From an uncultured delta proteobacterium (GTDB lineage: Bacteria; Myxococcota_A; Polyangia; Fen-1088), in NCBI GenBank assembly GCA_963796685.1, contig CAWCMR010000015.1:32001-96000 (forward strand): a stretch of DNA of 64,000 bases, written 5' to 3'. How positions within the stretch are numbered: the first letter of the stretch is position 1; each line of letters starts with the position of its first letter. The notes under the pieces were generated by a model. The model did not search any database. It saw only the letters and a list, made by a program, of their open reading frames with translations, and was not told the DNA's origin. The translations under genes were made by a program, and so were the position numbers. Below, piece by piece: positions 18,695 to 29,867 of this stretch.

Positions 18695-21483
18695 TCAAAG
18701 TCGTAGTGGAACTCACCCTCCACGACCGAGGTGGCGACCCGCGTGACTGGCTTGCTTTCCATCATGCGCGTGAGGAGCTCCTTGCTGATCACGGGCAGCA
18801 ACGTGTTGGTGAGAATGGAATCGATCATGCGGCCGCCACTTTCGAGCTCGGTGCAGCGACTGACGATGAGCTTGACGACCGCGTCGTCGTAGGTGAACGG
18901 GATCTTGTGGCTTTCGTTGATGCGCTTGGCGATGCGCTTGAGCTGCAGGCGAGCAATGTTTCCGATCATCTCGTCGGACAGCGGGTAGTAGGGGATGGTC
19001 ACCATGCGGCCGAGTAGAGCCGGCGGGAAGGTCTTGAGCAGGGGCTCGCGCAAGGCCTTGGCGATGCCCTCGGGTTCGGGCAAGAGCGCCGGATCCTTGC
19101 ACAGGTTCATGACCAGCTCGCTGCCGACGTTGGTGGTCAGGATGATGAGTGTGTTCTTGAAGTCGATGACCCGGCCCTCGCCATCCTCCATCCAACCCTT
19201 GTCGAAGACCTGGAAGAAGATCTCGTGCACGTCGGGGTGGGCCTTCTCGACCTCGTCGAGAAGGACGACGCTGTACGGCCGCCGCCGCACCGCCTCGGTC
19301 AAAACGCCGCCCTCGCCGTAGCCGACGTAGCCGGGAGGCGAGCCCTTGAGGGTCGAAACCGTGTGCGCTTCCTGGAACTCGCTCATGTTGATGGTGATGA
19401 CGTTCTGTTCGCCACCGTAGAGCGCCTCGGCCAAGGCCAGCGCGGTTTCGGTCTTTCCGACGCCCGACGGACCCGCCAGCATGAACACCCCGATGGGCTT
19501 GTTGGGGTTCTCGATGCCGGCGCGCGAGGTCTGGATGCGCTTGGCGATCATCTCCAGGGCGTGGCGTTGACCGATCACGCGCTGGTCGAGGGTGTCGGCC
19601 AATTTGAGCACGGTGTCGATCTCGTTCTTCACCATGCGTCCGACCGGAATACCGGTCCAGTCGCCCACCACGGACGCTACCGCTTGACCGTCGACGGTGG
19701 GCAGGATGAGCGGGTGGTCACCTTGCAGCTTGTCCAGATCCGCCTGCGCCTGGGTGAGCTTGGTCAGGAGCGCTGCGCGGTCGACCGGGGGTGCGGCGAC
19801 AGGGGCTGGGGCGTCGGCCTTGGGCGCAGCTTTGGGCGCGTCGGCTTTGGTTGCAGCTTTGGGCGCGTCGGCCTTGGCTGCCTCGGCCTTGACCTCCAGC
19901 TTGCTGTCCGTGCCTTCGACCCTTGCCGCTCCGCCGCGCAGCTGGCCGCGCAAATCGAGGATCTGGTCGACCAGTGCCTTTTCCTTGTTCCACCGATCCT
20001 CCAGAACGAGCAAGCGCTCCTTTTCCGCCGCGAGCTTTTCCTTGGCCTCGGTGTCGCGCTTGGCTGCCCCGGCAATACCGATGGCATCCTCGCGCTTGAT
20101 GATCTCGATTTCGGTGTCGAGCGCCTGGATGCGGCGGCGGGTATCGTCGACCTCCGGAGGCACTGCGTGCTGGCTGATGGCCACGCGTGCGCAAGCGGTG
20201 TCGAGCAGGCTGACCGCCTTGTCGGGCAGCTGGCGCGCGGGGATGTAGCGGTGGGACAGCTTGACCGCGGATTCCAGCGCGTCGTCGAGGATCTGGATGC
20301 GGTGGTGCTTTTCGAGTGTGGACGCGATCCCGCGCATCATCAGCAGGGCTTTCGTCTCGCTGGGCTCGCCCACCTGGACCACCTGGAAGCGGCGGGTGAG
20401 GGCGGGATCCTTCTCGATGTGTTTCTTGTACTCGGCCCAGGTGGTGGCTGCGATGGTGCGTAGCTTGCCGCGCGCCAGGGCCGGCTTGAGCAAATTGGCT
20501 GCATCACCCGTGCCCGCGGCGCCACCTGCCCCGATGAGGGTGTGGGCCTCGTCGATGAACAGGATGATGGGCTTGGGAGAAGACTGAACCTCTTCGATCA
20601 CCATGCGCAGGCGGTTCTCGAACTCGCCTTTCATGCTCGCGCCGGCCTGCAGAAGGCCGATGTCGAGTGAGCGCAAGCTGACGTCCTTGAGCGGTGGCGG
20701 CACATCGCCGACGGCGATCCGTTGCGCGAAGCCCTCGACCACGGCCGTCTTTCCCACGCCTGCCTCGCCGGTGAGGATGGGGTTGTTCTGCTTGCGACGC
20801 ATGAGAATGTCGACGATTTGGCGGATCTCCTCGTCGCGTCCGACGATGGGATCCATCTCGCCGCACCTGGCGCGCTCGGTAAGATCGACGGAGTATTTCT
20901 TGAGCGCCTCCTGCTTGCCCATGGCCGCGGGCGCGATGGCGCCACTGGCCTCGCCTGGGGCCGCGCCGCTGGCCGTTTGCGAACCATCGCTGGCCTGCAG
21001 CGCCGACTCGGGCGAGCCGCCCACGATCTTGGCGAAGTTGTCGGTGAGCTGCTCGACCTTGATCTTCTCGAACTCGCCCGACATGGACAGGAGGGCGTTG
21101 CGCAGGCTGGGCGTCTTGAGCAAGCCGACCACCAGGTGTCCGGTGCGGACTTGTGATTCGCCAAAGAGCAGCGTCCCGAAGACCCAGCCGCGCTCGACGG
21201 CGTCCGCGATGTGGGGAGACAGATCGGAAATCGACGTGGCGCCTCGTGGCAGGCGATCCAGGGCCGCGGTCATGTCGCGGGCCAGGCGCGAGGGCTCGAG
21301 CTGGAATTCGCGGACGATGCGGTGAAGGTCCGAGTCCGGCAGTTGCAAGAGTTGGTTGAACCAGTGAACCAGCTCGACGTAGGGATTGCCCCGTAGCTTG
21401 CAAAAGACGGTGGCACTCTCGATGGCCTTGTAGCCCAAGCTGTTCAACTTTCCGAACAGCGAAACGCGTGAGATCTCGGACAT
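18691..21483 (-). CDS. tssH: T6SS AAA+ ATPase ClpV/TssH
   Basis: [15 protein letters not shown]-terminus; Walker A motifs GEAGVGKT and GPSGVGKT; KADAPKAA repeat insert. Confidence 0.97.
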   Translation of the reverse strand: MSEISRVSLFGKLNSLGYKAIESATVFCKLRGNPYVELVHWFNQLLQLPDSDLHRIVREFQLEPSRLARDMTAALDRLPRGATSISDLSPHIADAVERGWVFGTLLFGESQVRTGHLVVGLLKTPSLRNALLSMSGEFEKIKVEQLTDNFAKIVGGSPESALQASDGSQTASGAAPGEASGAIAPAAMGKQEALKKYSVDLTERARCGEMDPIVGRDEEIRQIVDILMRRKQNNPILTGEAGVGKTAVVEGFAQRIAVGDVPPPLKDVSLRSLDIGLLQAGASMKGEFENRLRMVIEEVQSSPKPIILFIDEAHTLIGAGGAAGTGDAANLLKPALARGKLRTIAATTWAEYKKHIEKDPALTRRFQVVQVGEPSETKALLMMRGIASTLEKHHRIQILDDALESAVKLSHRYIPARQLPDKAVSLLDTACARVAISQHAVPPEVDDTRRRIQALDTEIEIIKREDAIGIAGAAKRDTEAKEKLAAEKERLLVLEDRWNKEKALVDQILDLRGQLRGGAARVEGTDSKLEVKAEAAKADAPKAATKADAPKAAPKADAPAPVAAPPVDRAALLTKLTQAQADLDKLQGDHPLILPTVDGQAVASVVGDWTGIPVGRMVKNEIDTVLKLADTLDQRVIGQRHALEMIAKRIQTSRAGIENPNKPIGVFMLAGPSGVGKTETALALAEALYGGEQNVITINMSEFQEAHTVSTLKGSPPGYVGYGEGGVLTEAVRRRPYSVVLLDEVEKAHPDVHEIFFQVFDKGWMEDGEGRVIDFKNTLIILTTNVGSELVMNLCKDPALLPEPEGIAKALREPLLKTFPPALLGRMVTIPYYPLSDEMIGNIARLQLKRIAKRINESHKIPFTYDDAVVKLIVSRCTELESGGRMIDSILTNTLLPVISKELLTRMMESKPVTRVATSVVEGEFHYDFD

Positions 21484-21574
21484 CTTGGCTCTTCCTCCTG
21501 TGGCCCTGGGGCCACCCTGCTGGCGGTTGGATTGGGGAGAATCGTCAGGTCGGGTTGGGATTGTACAGGACGGT

Positions 21575-22687
21575 TTAGGCCGTGGAAGCCGAATTCACCG
21601 TCGCGGCATCCTGGTGCGGATTGAAAATCAGGTCTTCGCGTCCCTCGCCCTCGGGACAGTGGCCGAGCCACGAGGTCCAACCCAGCCGGGTGACCCGGTC
21701 GAGTCGGAAGGGCTGGCTGACCCGCTTGTCGAGGAACAGGCGCAGATCCCAGCTCAGCGAATCCCCCACGTAGTTGCGCACCAGCGCCTGCAGGCGTTTG
21801 AGGCGCGGGCTACCGGGCAGCATGCTCTGGAATTCACCCTCCTTGAGCGGCCCGAAGACCAGGCGGAACTTGGTCTGGCGCTGCCAGGCCCGCGCGCCCA
21901 AGATGGTGCTGAGGCCGAGCGCGCCGGCGAAGGCCGTGCGCGTGATGCGCCAGCGGGACTCGTTCTGCAAAGGTGTCCACTCGCCGACGAATTCCTCGAG
22001 CTCCGTGGGCAGGCCGAAGTATTCGGCGACCATGGCCTTGAGTCCCTCGGCGTTGCGTGTCTGGTTGGCCAGGCGACCCGCGAAGTAGAGCTTTGCGCTG
22101 TCGGGAAAGGCATCGCGATCCCGCACCGCGGGCGAACCGATGCCGAGCAGGGATCCCACATAGGTCATGAAGCGATCGGTGCTCGGCCGATCGCGGCTGA
22201 CCGTGGGTTGGGCGTTGGCCCAGGCGCGGTAGAACAGGGTCAGGGTGCGGTGGTGGAAGATGTCGAGGAAGCGAATCAGGGTCGGATCGTTCGCGTTGCG
22301 TAGGCGGTCGCGCGCGTACTCGGTCAAGTGGATGGGCAGGGGACCGTTGGGGCCGAACATGCCCAGGAAGTAGACCCCGATGCGTGGCGGACGCCCTTCC
22401 TTGGCAGGTTCGACGTAGGAGAGGGTGGATGGCGCGAACGCCAGCGACGCCTCCTGCCCGAGTCGAATCGGCTCATCGCTCGGGCGGGTGGCTTGGCCCA
22501 GGCGCATGCGGTCGGGGCAGGCGCATTCGATGGCGCGCAGAAGGGCGAAGAAGTCGTACTTCTCCGGGTGCTTTTCGACCGCACGGACCAGTTCGTCGAA
22601 GCGATGGCCGTCGTCCGCGGGCCGCGGTGCCGGCGTCTCACCAGGGCCGGTCACAGGGCCGGTCGCCGGCCCAGCCTCGCTGGCCAT
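21575..22687 (-). CDS. tssG: T6SS baseplate subunit TssG
   Basis: YDFFALLRAIE, RLGQEASLAF, GMFGPNGPLP.HLTE, FLDIFHHR..LFYRAW, RLGWTSWLG; true start MASEAG lies inside the 942-aa ORF. Confidence 0.95.
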   Translation of the reverse strand: MASEAGPATGPVTGPGETPAPRPADDGHRFDELVRAVEKHPEKYDFFALLRAIECACPDRMRLGQATRPSDEPIRLGQEASLAFAPSTLSYVEPAKEGRPPRIGVYFLGMFGPNGPLPIHLTEYARDRLRNANDPTLIRFLDIFHHRTLTLFYRAWANAQPTVSRDRPSTDRFMTYVGSLLGIGSPAVRDRDAFPDSAKLYFAGRLANQTRNAEGLKAMVAEYFGLPTELEEFVGEWTPLQNESRWRITRTAFAGALGLSTILGARAWQRQTKFRLVFGPLKEGEFQSMLPGSPRLKRLQALVRNYVGDSLSWDLRLFLDKRVSQPFRLDRVTRLGWTSWLGHCPEGEGREDLIFNPHQDAATVNSASTA

Positions 22688-24522
22688 CGCACGACCTCCT
22701 TGCGCTGAATGGTTCTGAGAACGGTTTCGCTGAACGAATTGATGGACACGTACTTGGCGAAGAAGCGTTCGAGCACCGAGCCGAGGAGAAACACCCCCAT
22801 GCCCTCGAAGGCGGTCTCGTCCAGGGTGAGCGTGACCTCGACGCCGCGGCCGAAGGCGACCGGCCCGACGACGGGCAACCGTCGGGTCACCGATTGGGAC
22901 GACACCGACTGCACGCCGTCGATCTGCTTGCGCACGATGGGCTCGCTGGCGTCGCCGTACAGCGAGAGGAGCTCGCGTAGCGCCGATGCACCGCCGCCGT
23001 TGGCGTCGTCGGTGATGGACAGGTAGTTGAGCGCCAGATGGCTGATGAGTCGCCAGGTCGGATCGCCATGCACGTGGGATGGTCGGGGAGACGTGGGGCC
23101 GGCGACGCAGCGGACCGCTTGAATGGGGGCGCCGGATTCGAGCACGAAGTCGCTGTTGCGCTGACCGACCGGGATGTGCAGGCTGAGGTCGCGGTTGGTG
23201 CACAGGGTGGCGACGGCGAGTTGCTTGAGCTGGGGCCGAATCGGGGCCTCGGTCGAGTCGACCAGGGAGAGAAAGACCTCGCTGCCCACGTAGCTCGAAC
23301 GCGCGCCCTGGCTGCGCTGCTTGGTGGAGAGCATGCGCGGCTCGCGGTGAACCGTGTAGTACGAGGACATGTCCTCGGCGGCGGTGCGGTCGTGCAAGGC
23401 ATAGAAGGGCAGGAACTCCTGCTTTTCCTCGCCGCTGGTGCCGTAACCCAGCACCTCGGTGACCTGAAAGACCTCGTAGTCCATGGGCCGCGTGCGGTCG
23501 GGAACCACGTGGTATTCGTACTCGCTCTCGCTGAGGTGGATGCGATCCGTGCGCTTGGGGAACAGGTTGATGGCCGGCGTGCAGTGCAGCTCGAACTGGG
23601 CAGGGCCCACGGCCTTCTCCAGGCGCGCGTCCTGGGCGTCGAGCACGATGACGATTTCCAGATCCGGCGTGGCGCAGCGGCGCACGGCCGTCTTGAGACC
23701 GACCAGGTTGGCGAACAGGAAGCGGCTGGGAAAGGCGAAGTATTCTTGCAGTAGGCGGTAGCCCTGGAACGAGCGAGGACCGTAGGGCAAGAGCGCCTGA
23801 TCGTCCTCGAATCCCAGCGGCCGGATGGGCTCGTCCAGGACCAGCTCGCTCCACGGCGCGCCTGGTCCGGCCGGTCGCACGACCAGGGCCACGGTGTGGG
23901 CCAGCAAGAGCTCGTAGATGCGCATGGCCACCTCGTCCCCCCCGCGCAGGTACAAAGGCAGCTGATCGAGGGCGATTTGGTCGAAGCTCAGTCCGGCCGA
24001 GGCGTGCAGACGCAGGCGCAGGGCCGACTTGGCCTTGCCGGGAATGCGCAGGGTGCCCAGATCCCCGAGAAACGACGTGTATTCCGCGCCCGCGATCTCC
24101 AGCGGCCACAGGGTGACATCGTGGGCGGTGCGGTACTCGCACGCGGTCTGCTCGCCCCGCCCAATCAAGCTCTTGAGCGCGGAGCCGCGGGGAACCTTGA
24201 ACCCGTCGGCGAGCGCGCCCTCGCTGAGGCTGGGCTGCAGCTGAACCACGGTCATCGACGGCGTGGGCGCGAGATAGTGCGGATACACCATGTGCAGCAG
24301 GTGCTGCGCGAAGCGGGGAAACTCGGCGTCGATCTTGAGCTGGACGCGGGCGGTGAGAAAGGCGAACGATTCCAGTAGCCGCTCGACGTAGGGATCGGAG
24401 CACTCCAGCGACTCGATGCCGAGCCGGCCAGCGATCTTGGGAAACTCTTTGGCGAACTCCTGTCCGGTTTCGCGGATGTACTGGAGCTCGCGGTTGTAGT
24501 AGTTGAGAAGGCGCGGATCCAT
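22651..24522 (-). CDS. tssF: T6SS baseplate subunit TssF
   Basis: MDPRLLNYYNREL, DPYVERLLESFAFL, GYRLLQEYFAFP, CTPAINLF, YVSINSF. Confidence 0.97.
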   Translation of the reverse strand: MDPRLLNYYNRELQYIRETGQEFAKEFPKIAGRLGIESLECSDPYVERLLESFAFLTARVQLKIDAEFPRFAQHLLHMVYPHYLAPTPSMTVVQLQPSLSEGALADGFKVPRGSALKSLIGRGEQTACEYRTAHDVTLWPLEIAGAEYTSFLGDLGTLRIPGKAKSALRLRLHASAGLSFDQIALDQLPLYLRGGDEVAMRIYELLLAHTVALVVRPAGPGAPWSELVLDEPIRPLGFEDDQALLPYGPRSFQGYRLLQEYFAFPSRFLFANLVGLKTAVRRCATPDLEIVIVLDAQDARLEKAVGPAQFELHCTPAINLFPKRTDRIHLSESEYEYHVVPDRTRPMDYEVFQVTEVLGYGTSGEEKQEFLPFYALHDRTAAEDMSSYYTVHREPRMLSTKQRSQGARSSYVGSEVFLSLVDSTEAPIRPQLKQLAVATLCTNRDLSLHIPVGQRNSDFVLESGAPIQAVRCVAGPTSPRPSHVHGDPTWRLISHLALNYLSITDDANGGGASALRELLSLYGDASEPIVRKQIDGVQSVSSQSVTRRLPVVGPVAFGRGVEVTLTLDETAFEGMGVFLLGSVLERFFAKYVSINSFSETVLRTIQRKEVVRWPARLGRRPAL

Positions 24523-25037
24523 CAGCCGCCTCCCTTTCCGCCCTGATCGATGACGTCGATGGTGCCGGTCTCGAGATCGACGGCCGTGCGCAGGAACAGG
24601 CGTAGGGGAAGGGGCTGCGCCCACAGCTCGGCCTCGATGTCGAAGGTCATCGAGTTGTGGTTCATCTGGCTGTCGTCCACGGCGAGCTTCACGCGCAAGC
24701 TGCGTGCGACGAGGCGCGGTTCGTAGTCCAGGATGACCTTGCGGATCGCCTGCTCGAGCGCGCCCGCTTCGACGGTGGAGCTGGTGCGACCGGCGAGGTC
24801 AGGGAGTCCGAAGTTGAGGACCGAGCGCGCCACCAGCGGGTAGTCGTCGAGGTCCTGCGTCGATCGGAGATGGGTGGTGTTCATCAGCCACACCAGATCG
24901 CGCCGCACGCACTCGCGCAGGCGGCTTGGCGACAAGACGCGCGCATCGCGGGATTCTTGTTTTCTCTCGGGATCGTTGTCGGTCAACCGGTCCAGGAGCG
25001 AGGGCTGGAGGCGATCCTTCTGTGTCAGATCAGCCAT
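24522..25037 (-). CDS. tssE: T6SS baseplate subunit TssE
   Basis: LQPSLLDRL, SVLNFGLPD, YEPRL (gp25-like). Confidence 0.95.
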   Translation of the reverse strand: MADLTQKDRLQPSLLDRLTDNDPERKQESRDARVLSPSRLRECVRRDLVWLMNTTHLRSTQDLDDYPLVARSVLNFGLPDLAGRTSSTVEAGALEQAIRKVILDYEPRLVARSLRVKLAVDDSQMNHNSMTFDIEAELWAQPLPLRLFLRTAVDLETGTIDVIDQGGKGGG

Positions 25038-25050
25038 GGTGCGAAGCCGG

Positions 25051-25893
25051 CTATCCGACCGGCTTGTCGACGACCTGCTCGGGGGACGGATCGAGCTCTA
25101 TCGAGCGGACTTCCAGGATGGGATAGTCCCCCTGATCGGTCGTGAACATGCGCTGTCCGAGGCCGGTGCTGGAGCCGTCCTTGCCGCCTTTGCCGCCTTT
25201 GCGTTCCTGCCAGTCGGTCTTGCGGGCCATGCGAATCGACGGGTCCGGGCTGGACTCCGAGCCGGGGTACCTCGTGGGGATGAGCGAGACGATCTCGCCG
25301 CCATTGACGAGGGTCAGGTAGGCGGGGATCCAGGCCAGATCGCGCAGGTCCGCCGGCTTCTCGATGCGAATCACGCGCAGGTTGCCGAAGGGGATCCAGT
25401 AGTACTTGCCGTCGATGATGGCTTCGAGCACGGGCCCGATGCGCACGTCTGCGTCGGCGATCCACGCGAATGGCTGCCCGTCGATCTTGCCCGACGATGC
25501 CGGCGCCTGATCGAAGGCCTGCGTGTGAAGGACCTCGGACTCGTCGGCTTTGCCCTGGGCGCCGAGAACGAGAGATTGCACGAGGAGCGCGGCCCATTGC
25601 GCGGGCTCGCCGAAGAGCAGGGGCGTACGTCTTCCCGCGAACACCTCGGCGCGCAGCTCTTCGCACTTCAAGGCGGTGCGGTAGGTTTGCACCATGGGCA
25701 AGGCTTTGCCGTCGAGGTCGCCCACCACGTTGAGCTGGGTCATGGCCCGGTCCCACTGGCCCATGATGGACATCAGCTGAAACAAGAGAACCCGGTGCTT
25801 GGGGTCGGCCGGTGCCTTGCGAATCGCGGCCTGCAGGGCGGCCAGCGCCTCCTCTAGCTTTCCTTGGCGAACATCTTCCTCGATGGTGCTCAT
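25051..25893 (-). CDS. tagJ: T6SS accessory protein TagJ/ImpE
   Basis: LFQLMSIMGQWDRA..QL, WIADAD.R.GPVLE, YYWIPF, DLRDLAW, IPTRYPG, GLGQR. Confidence 0.92.
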   Translation of the reverse strand: MSTIEEDVRQGKLEEALAALQAAIRKAPADPKHRVLLFQLMSIMGQWDRAMTQLNVVGDLDGKALPMVQTYRTALKCEELRAEVFAGRRTPLLFGEPAQWAALLVQSLVLGAQGKADESEVLHTQAFDQAPASSGKIDGQPFAWIADADVRIGPVLEAIIDGKYYWIPFGNLRVIRIEKPADLRDLAWIPAYLTLVNGGEIVSLIPTRYPGSESSPDPSIRMARKTDWQERKGGKGGKDGSSTGLGQRMFTTDQGDYPILEVRSIELDPSPEQVVDKPVG

Positions 25894-25924
25894 GATGGGG
25901 ACTTACCTGCTTGGTGGAAAACTG

Positions 25925-25972
25925 GAGCCCATGGGCGCCCGGTGGACATGAACCTCGGGGCGCCCATGGCTC
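25925..25972 (-). terminator. GC-rich hairpin downstream of hcp (terminator or mRNA-stabilising stem)
   Basis: Arms GAGCC(C)ATGGGCGCCC and GGGCGCCCATGGCTC, followed by CAGTTTT on the minus strand. Confidence 0.55.
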
Positions 25973-25979
25973 GGCCGCT

Positions 25980-26489
25980 TTAGGTGGAGAATTTCTTGGC
26001 GATATCGAAGTTGCCCGAAACCGTGGCGCCCTTGCCCTGGTTCGCGGTCTGCGAGGTGAAGTCGATCTTCACCGAGGCGAAGTTCAAGGTCACCGTTTCG
26101 GTGAATGAATCGTCGCCCCCGGCGGAGCCTCCTGAGGTCACCGAGGAGATTATGACGGTGCCCGACATGGTGATCTTGAGGTACTCGACCTGATTCCCCT
26201 TACCGCCACCGACCTTGAGGAAGGTCAGCACGGTCTCTCCAAAGTCGGTTCCGTTGAAACACTCTTGGAGCAACATCGGGGTGGAGAGATCCACGTACTT
26301 GGTGATGGTCAGGTCGTGAACGTCGGCCGAGCCGGCGCCCGCGCCCGTGGCGCGATGGGATGTTCCGGATTGGGTCAGACCCCAGTTCCATGCCAGCACG
26401 TCGATCTCACCCTCGTGCTTCGTGATCACGGATTCGCCCTTGAGATTCTTCTTGTCCGGGCCAAGCCTCAAACAAATACTTACCGCCAT
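25980..26489 (-). CDS. hcp: T6SS tube protein Hcp/TssD
   Basis: KGES...HEGEIDVLAWNWG..QSG, DLTITKYVD.STP.L, ETVTLNFA. Confidence 0.95.
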   Translation of the reverse strand: MAVSICLRLGPDKKNLKGESVITKHEGEIDVLAWNWGLTQSGTSHRATGAGAGSADVHDLTITKYVDLSTPMLLQECFNGTDFGETVLTFLKVGGGKGNQVEYLKITMSGTVIISSVTSGGSAGGDDSFTETVTLNFASVKIDFTSQTANQGKGATVSGNFDIAKKFST

Positions 26490-26544
26490 TTTTCAACTCC
26501 TTGTTAATTACTGATTGATGGTTGCGATGGTGAAGGTTCGGGAT

Positions 26545-28043
26545 CTAGCCGCCGCCCTTGGCGGAAGGCAGCTTCGAGACGAGCCGCAGCGAAACGGTCA
26601 GCCCCTTCGAGCTGGTAGTGCGGCCGAAGGAAAAACTTGGAGTTGTAGTAGCCGGGGTTGCCCTCGATGTCCTCGACGATGACCTCGGCGCCCGCGAGCG
26701 GCTTGCGCGCCTTGGTCTCTTCGGTGGAGTGCGCCGGGTCGCCGTCGACGTAGTCGATGATCCAGTTCTGCAGCCAGCGCTGCATGTCCTCGGCTTCATT
26801 GAACGACCCGATCTTGTCGCGCACGATGCACTTCAGGTAGTGGGCGAAGCGGCAGGTGGCGAACAGGTAGGGCAGGCGCGCCGCCAGGGTCGCGTTGGCC
26901 GTGGCATCCGGATCGTCGTATTCGGCCGGCTTCTGCAGCGACTGGGCGCCGATGAAGGCGGCGAAGTCCGAGTTCTTCTTGTGGATGAGCGGCATGAAGC
27001 CGTTCTTGGCCAGCTCGGCCTCGCGCCGGTCGCTGATGGCGATCTCGGTCGGGCACTTCATGTCCACGCCGCCGTCGTCGGTCGGGAAGGTGTGCGTCGG
27101 CAGGCCTTCCACCGCGCCGCCGGACTCGACGCCGCGGATGCGCGAGCACCAGCCGTAGAGCTTGAACGAGCGGTTGATGTTGACGGCCATGGCGTAGGCG
27201 GCGTTGGCCCAGGTGTACTTGCTTGGCGTCCGGGCTCGCCGTGTCCTCCTCGAAGTCGAACTCCTCGACCGGGTTGGTCTTGGCGCCGTAGGGCAGACGC
27301 GCGAGGAAGCGCGGCATGGCCAGGCCGAGATAGCGGGCATCCTCCGACTCGCGCAGCGAGCGCCAGGCGGCGTACTCGGGCGTCGAGAAGATCTTGGTCA
27401 GGTCGCGCGGGTTGCCGAGCTCCTGCCACGATTCCATCTGGATCAGACCGTGGGCGATGCCGCCGCGATGAACGGCGCGTGCGCCGCGGCCGCGACCTTC
27501 GCCATCTCGCCCAGGAGCTCGACGTCCGGCGGGCTGTGGTCGAAGTAGTAGTCGCCGACCAGGCAGCCGAACGGCTCGCCGCCGAGCGTGCCGTACTCTT
27601 CCTCGTAGAGCTTCTTGAAGATCGGGCTCTGGTCCCAGGCCGCGCCCTTGTAGTGCTTGAGGGTCTTGTGCAGATCCTTCTTCGAGATGTTCATGACGCG
27701 GATCTTCAGCTTCTCGTCGGTTTCGGTGTTGTTGACCAGGTAGTGCAGGCCGCGCCAGGCGCTTTCCAGCTGCTGGAACTCGGCCGTGGTGCATGATCAG
27801 GTTGATCTGCTCGGTCAGCTTCTTGTCGATCTCGGCGATCATCGCCTTGATGGTTTGCACGACGTCGTTCGAGATGAGCTTGCTGCTGGCCAGCGCCTGC
27901 TGGGCCAGCGTCTTGACCGCGTTCTCGATCTCGGCCTTCGCTCCGTCGGTCTGGGGCTTGAACTCTTTGTTCAGCAGCGAGGCGAATTCGTTCACCTCGA
28001 TGGTTGCGGCGGCGGCTTCTGTGGCTTTTTGTGTCTCAGCCAT
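26545..28043 (-). CDS. tssC: T6SS sheath large subunit TssC (four apparent frameshifts near 27785, 27448, 27225 and 26603)
   Basis: Fragments join in order: IDKKLTEQINLIMHH / FQQLESAWRG..EEEYGTLGGEP / WRSLRESEDARY / WANAAY..RGVESGG..CPTE..RLPY..LRPHYQLE / LTVSLRLVSKLP. Confidence 0.93.
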
Positions 28044-28058
28044 GGTTCTTCCTCACTG

Positions 28059-28582
28059 CTACTTGGCTTGGCCGGAACCTTCGTCCCCGGCGTCTGGTTT
28101 GGGCGCGGCGGCGAGAGCCTGCAGAAGCGCCGGATCCTTGAGCACGTTGGCGATCAGGTCCTCGGCGCCGGTGTACCGTCCATGTACGTCACCAGGTTCG
28201 CAAGCTGGTTGCGCGCCTCAAGCAGCTGGTTGAGCGCGCCCACCTTGCGTGCGATGGCCGCGGGCGAGAAGTCGTCCATGCTCTCGAAGGTGAGGTCGAC
28301 GCTGATGTTGCCTTCGCCGGTCAGCGTATTGGGCACCTGGAACGCGACGCGCGGCTTCATCGCCTTCAGCCGATCGTCGAAGTTGTCGACCGAAATCTCG
28401 AGGAACTTGCGATCGGCGACGGGAGCCAGGGGCTCTTTGGGGTTGCCCGAAAGGTCCGACATGACGCCCATGACGAAGGGCAGCTGGACCTTCTTCTCCG
28501 CGCCGTACAGCTCGACGTCGTATTCGATCTGGACGCGCGGTGCTCGGTTTCTTTGAATGAATTTCTGCGCACTGGTTGCCAT
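28059..28582 (-). CDS. tssB: T6SS sheath small subunit TssB (frameshift near 28173)
   Basis: QKFIQRNRAPRVQIEYDVELYGAEKKVQLPFVMGV; C-terminus GAEDLIANVLKDPALLQAL is in another frame. Confidence 0.95.
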
Positions 28583-28611
28583 GGTGTCCACCTACCTCTG
28601 ATGTTTGAGAA

Positions 28612-29673
28612 CTAGCTGCTTTCCTTCTCGTCTTCGTCTTTCCCGCGCAGGTTTTCGACCTGTGAAAGACCATCGGATGCGAGGTCACGAACGATATCCA
28701 TAAAACTGGCCGAAACCAAGCGCTTGCTGCGCTTGATGAGCAGCGGAATAGGGCTGGAGGGTTCGGCTCGCTCGTAGTAGGAAACAATCTTGTCGAGGAC
28801 GCGGAGCACGTCCTCGCGGGTGTTGATCTCGCCGCTCATCGACATGCCGCCACCTTGTCCACCGCTCCCGGGGCCACCCGATCCATCGTCGGCGCCGCCG
28901 GCCTCGGCGGAGCCCTCGGCGACGACCCCCCGCCTGGCCAATCGCGCGATCAGAATCTTCTCGGCGGCGCGCAGGGTATCCGTCAGCTTCGCGAAATTGA
29001 CGCCGTTCGATGCGCCCACCTTTTCGCCCACGAAGGCCTCGATGGCGGCCAGCCTTTCCAGCGAGGCGCGCAGCGACTCTGCCGTCGCCTGCAGGTCCGG
29101 CACCGGACACTCGTTGAACGCACCGTCGATGGCGGAAGTCTTGGGCGCCTCCGCGCCGGAAGGCGGTGCAATTTCGCCCGAGGCAATGGCGAAGTCGCGC
29201 AGGCTGAACCGTCCGAAGGATTTCGAGGCGACCAACGGGATCACGCGAACACGGTCGATGAAGGTGGCCGAGTCGCAAAGGCCCATGAGAATGTTGACCC
29301 GGAACGTAGGGTCATTGTCGTCCTCGGGATCAAGCTTGGGATAGAAACCATCCCAGAAGGTCTCGACGAGGCCTCGCAGCACCGCGAGCCCATCGGCCAA
29401 CCCCGCGAGCCCTTCCGTGTTCAACAGGGCGCGGGCGAGTCGGATGGCGATGCGCAGATCTTTGGTCTTCGTCAGGAGGGCGAGCGCCCGGTTTCCGACC
29501 TCTTTCCAGTCGGGTTCTTGGGCTGGCACGATGGTGTCGCCCATCTGCTGTTCGGGCTTGCCCTGCGAAAGCCGATCGAGCTCGAGGAAAGACGGATCGT
29601 ATTCGAGGTCAGGACCGCACGCTGCATCGGCAGAGATCGGCTGAAGCAGCGACTCGAGATTTTGAATCGGCAT
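28612..29673 (-). CDS. tssA: T6SS protein TssA (ImpA_N)
   Basis: LLQPIS...CGPDLEYD, TKDLR, FWDGFYP, YYERAEPSSPIPLL.R..RL. Confidence 0.95.
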   Translation of the reverse strand: MPIQNLESLLQPISADAACGPDLEYDPSFLELDRLSQGKPEQQMGDTIVPAQEPDWKEVGNRALALLTKTKDLRIAIRLARALLNTEGLAGLADGLAVLRGLVETFWDGFYPKLDPEDDNDPTFRVNILMGLCDSATFIDRVRVIPLVASKSFGRFSLRDFAIASGEIAPPSGAEAPKTSAIDGAFNECPVPDLQATAESLRASLERLAAIEAFVGEKVGASNGVNFAKLTDTLRAAEKILIARLARRGVVAEGSAEAGGADDGSGGPGSGGQGGGMSMSGEINTREDVLRVLDKIVSYYERAEPSSPIPLLIKRSKRLVSASFMDIVRDLASDGLSQVENLRGKDEDEKESS

Positions 29674-29867
29674 ATTCTAGTTACCTGGTTGAAACAGCGT
29701 GCCATTAACCTTCGACTCGACGATCATGTCAAGTGGATTTCGGAGGGCCACGCATCCTTTCACCACAATTCCGACCAAGTGCCCGGGCGAGTCTGACACT
29801 GGGAGCGCGGTTTGGCGAACCGATGTTTTACGAACCGACGCGGTAGACTAGACGCGGCGAGTAAACC

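Noticed and set aside
19805-19890. 24-bp repeats in clpV (KADAPKAA)
   Set aside because: This is an in-frame low-complexity linker expansion with no sign of a separate function.
21575-24403. 942-aa ORF as a giant TssG fusion
   Set aside because: The upstream part is an off-frame read-through of tssF; TssG homology starts near 22687.
29689-29704. Sigma54 promoter for tssA (TGGCAC-GCTGT-TTCA on the minus strand)
   Set aside because: The -12 GC is missing and the site is very close to the start codon; too weak to call.
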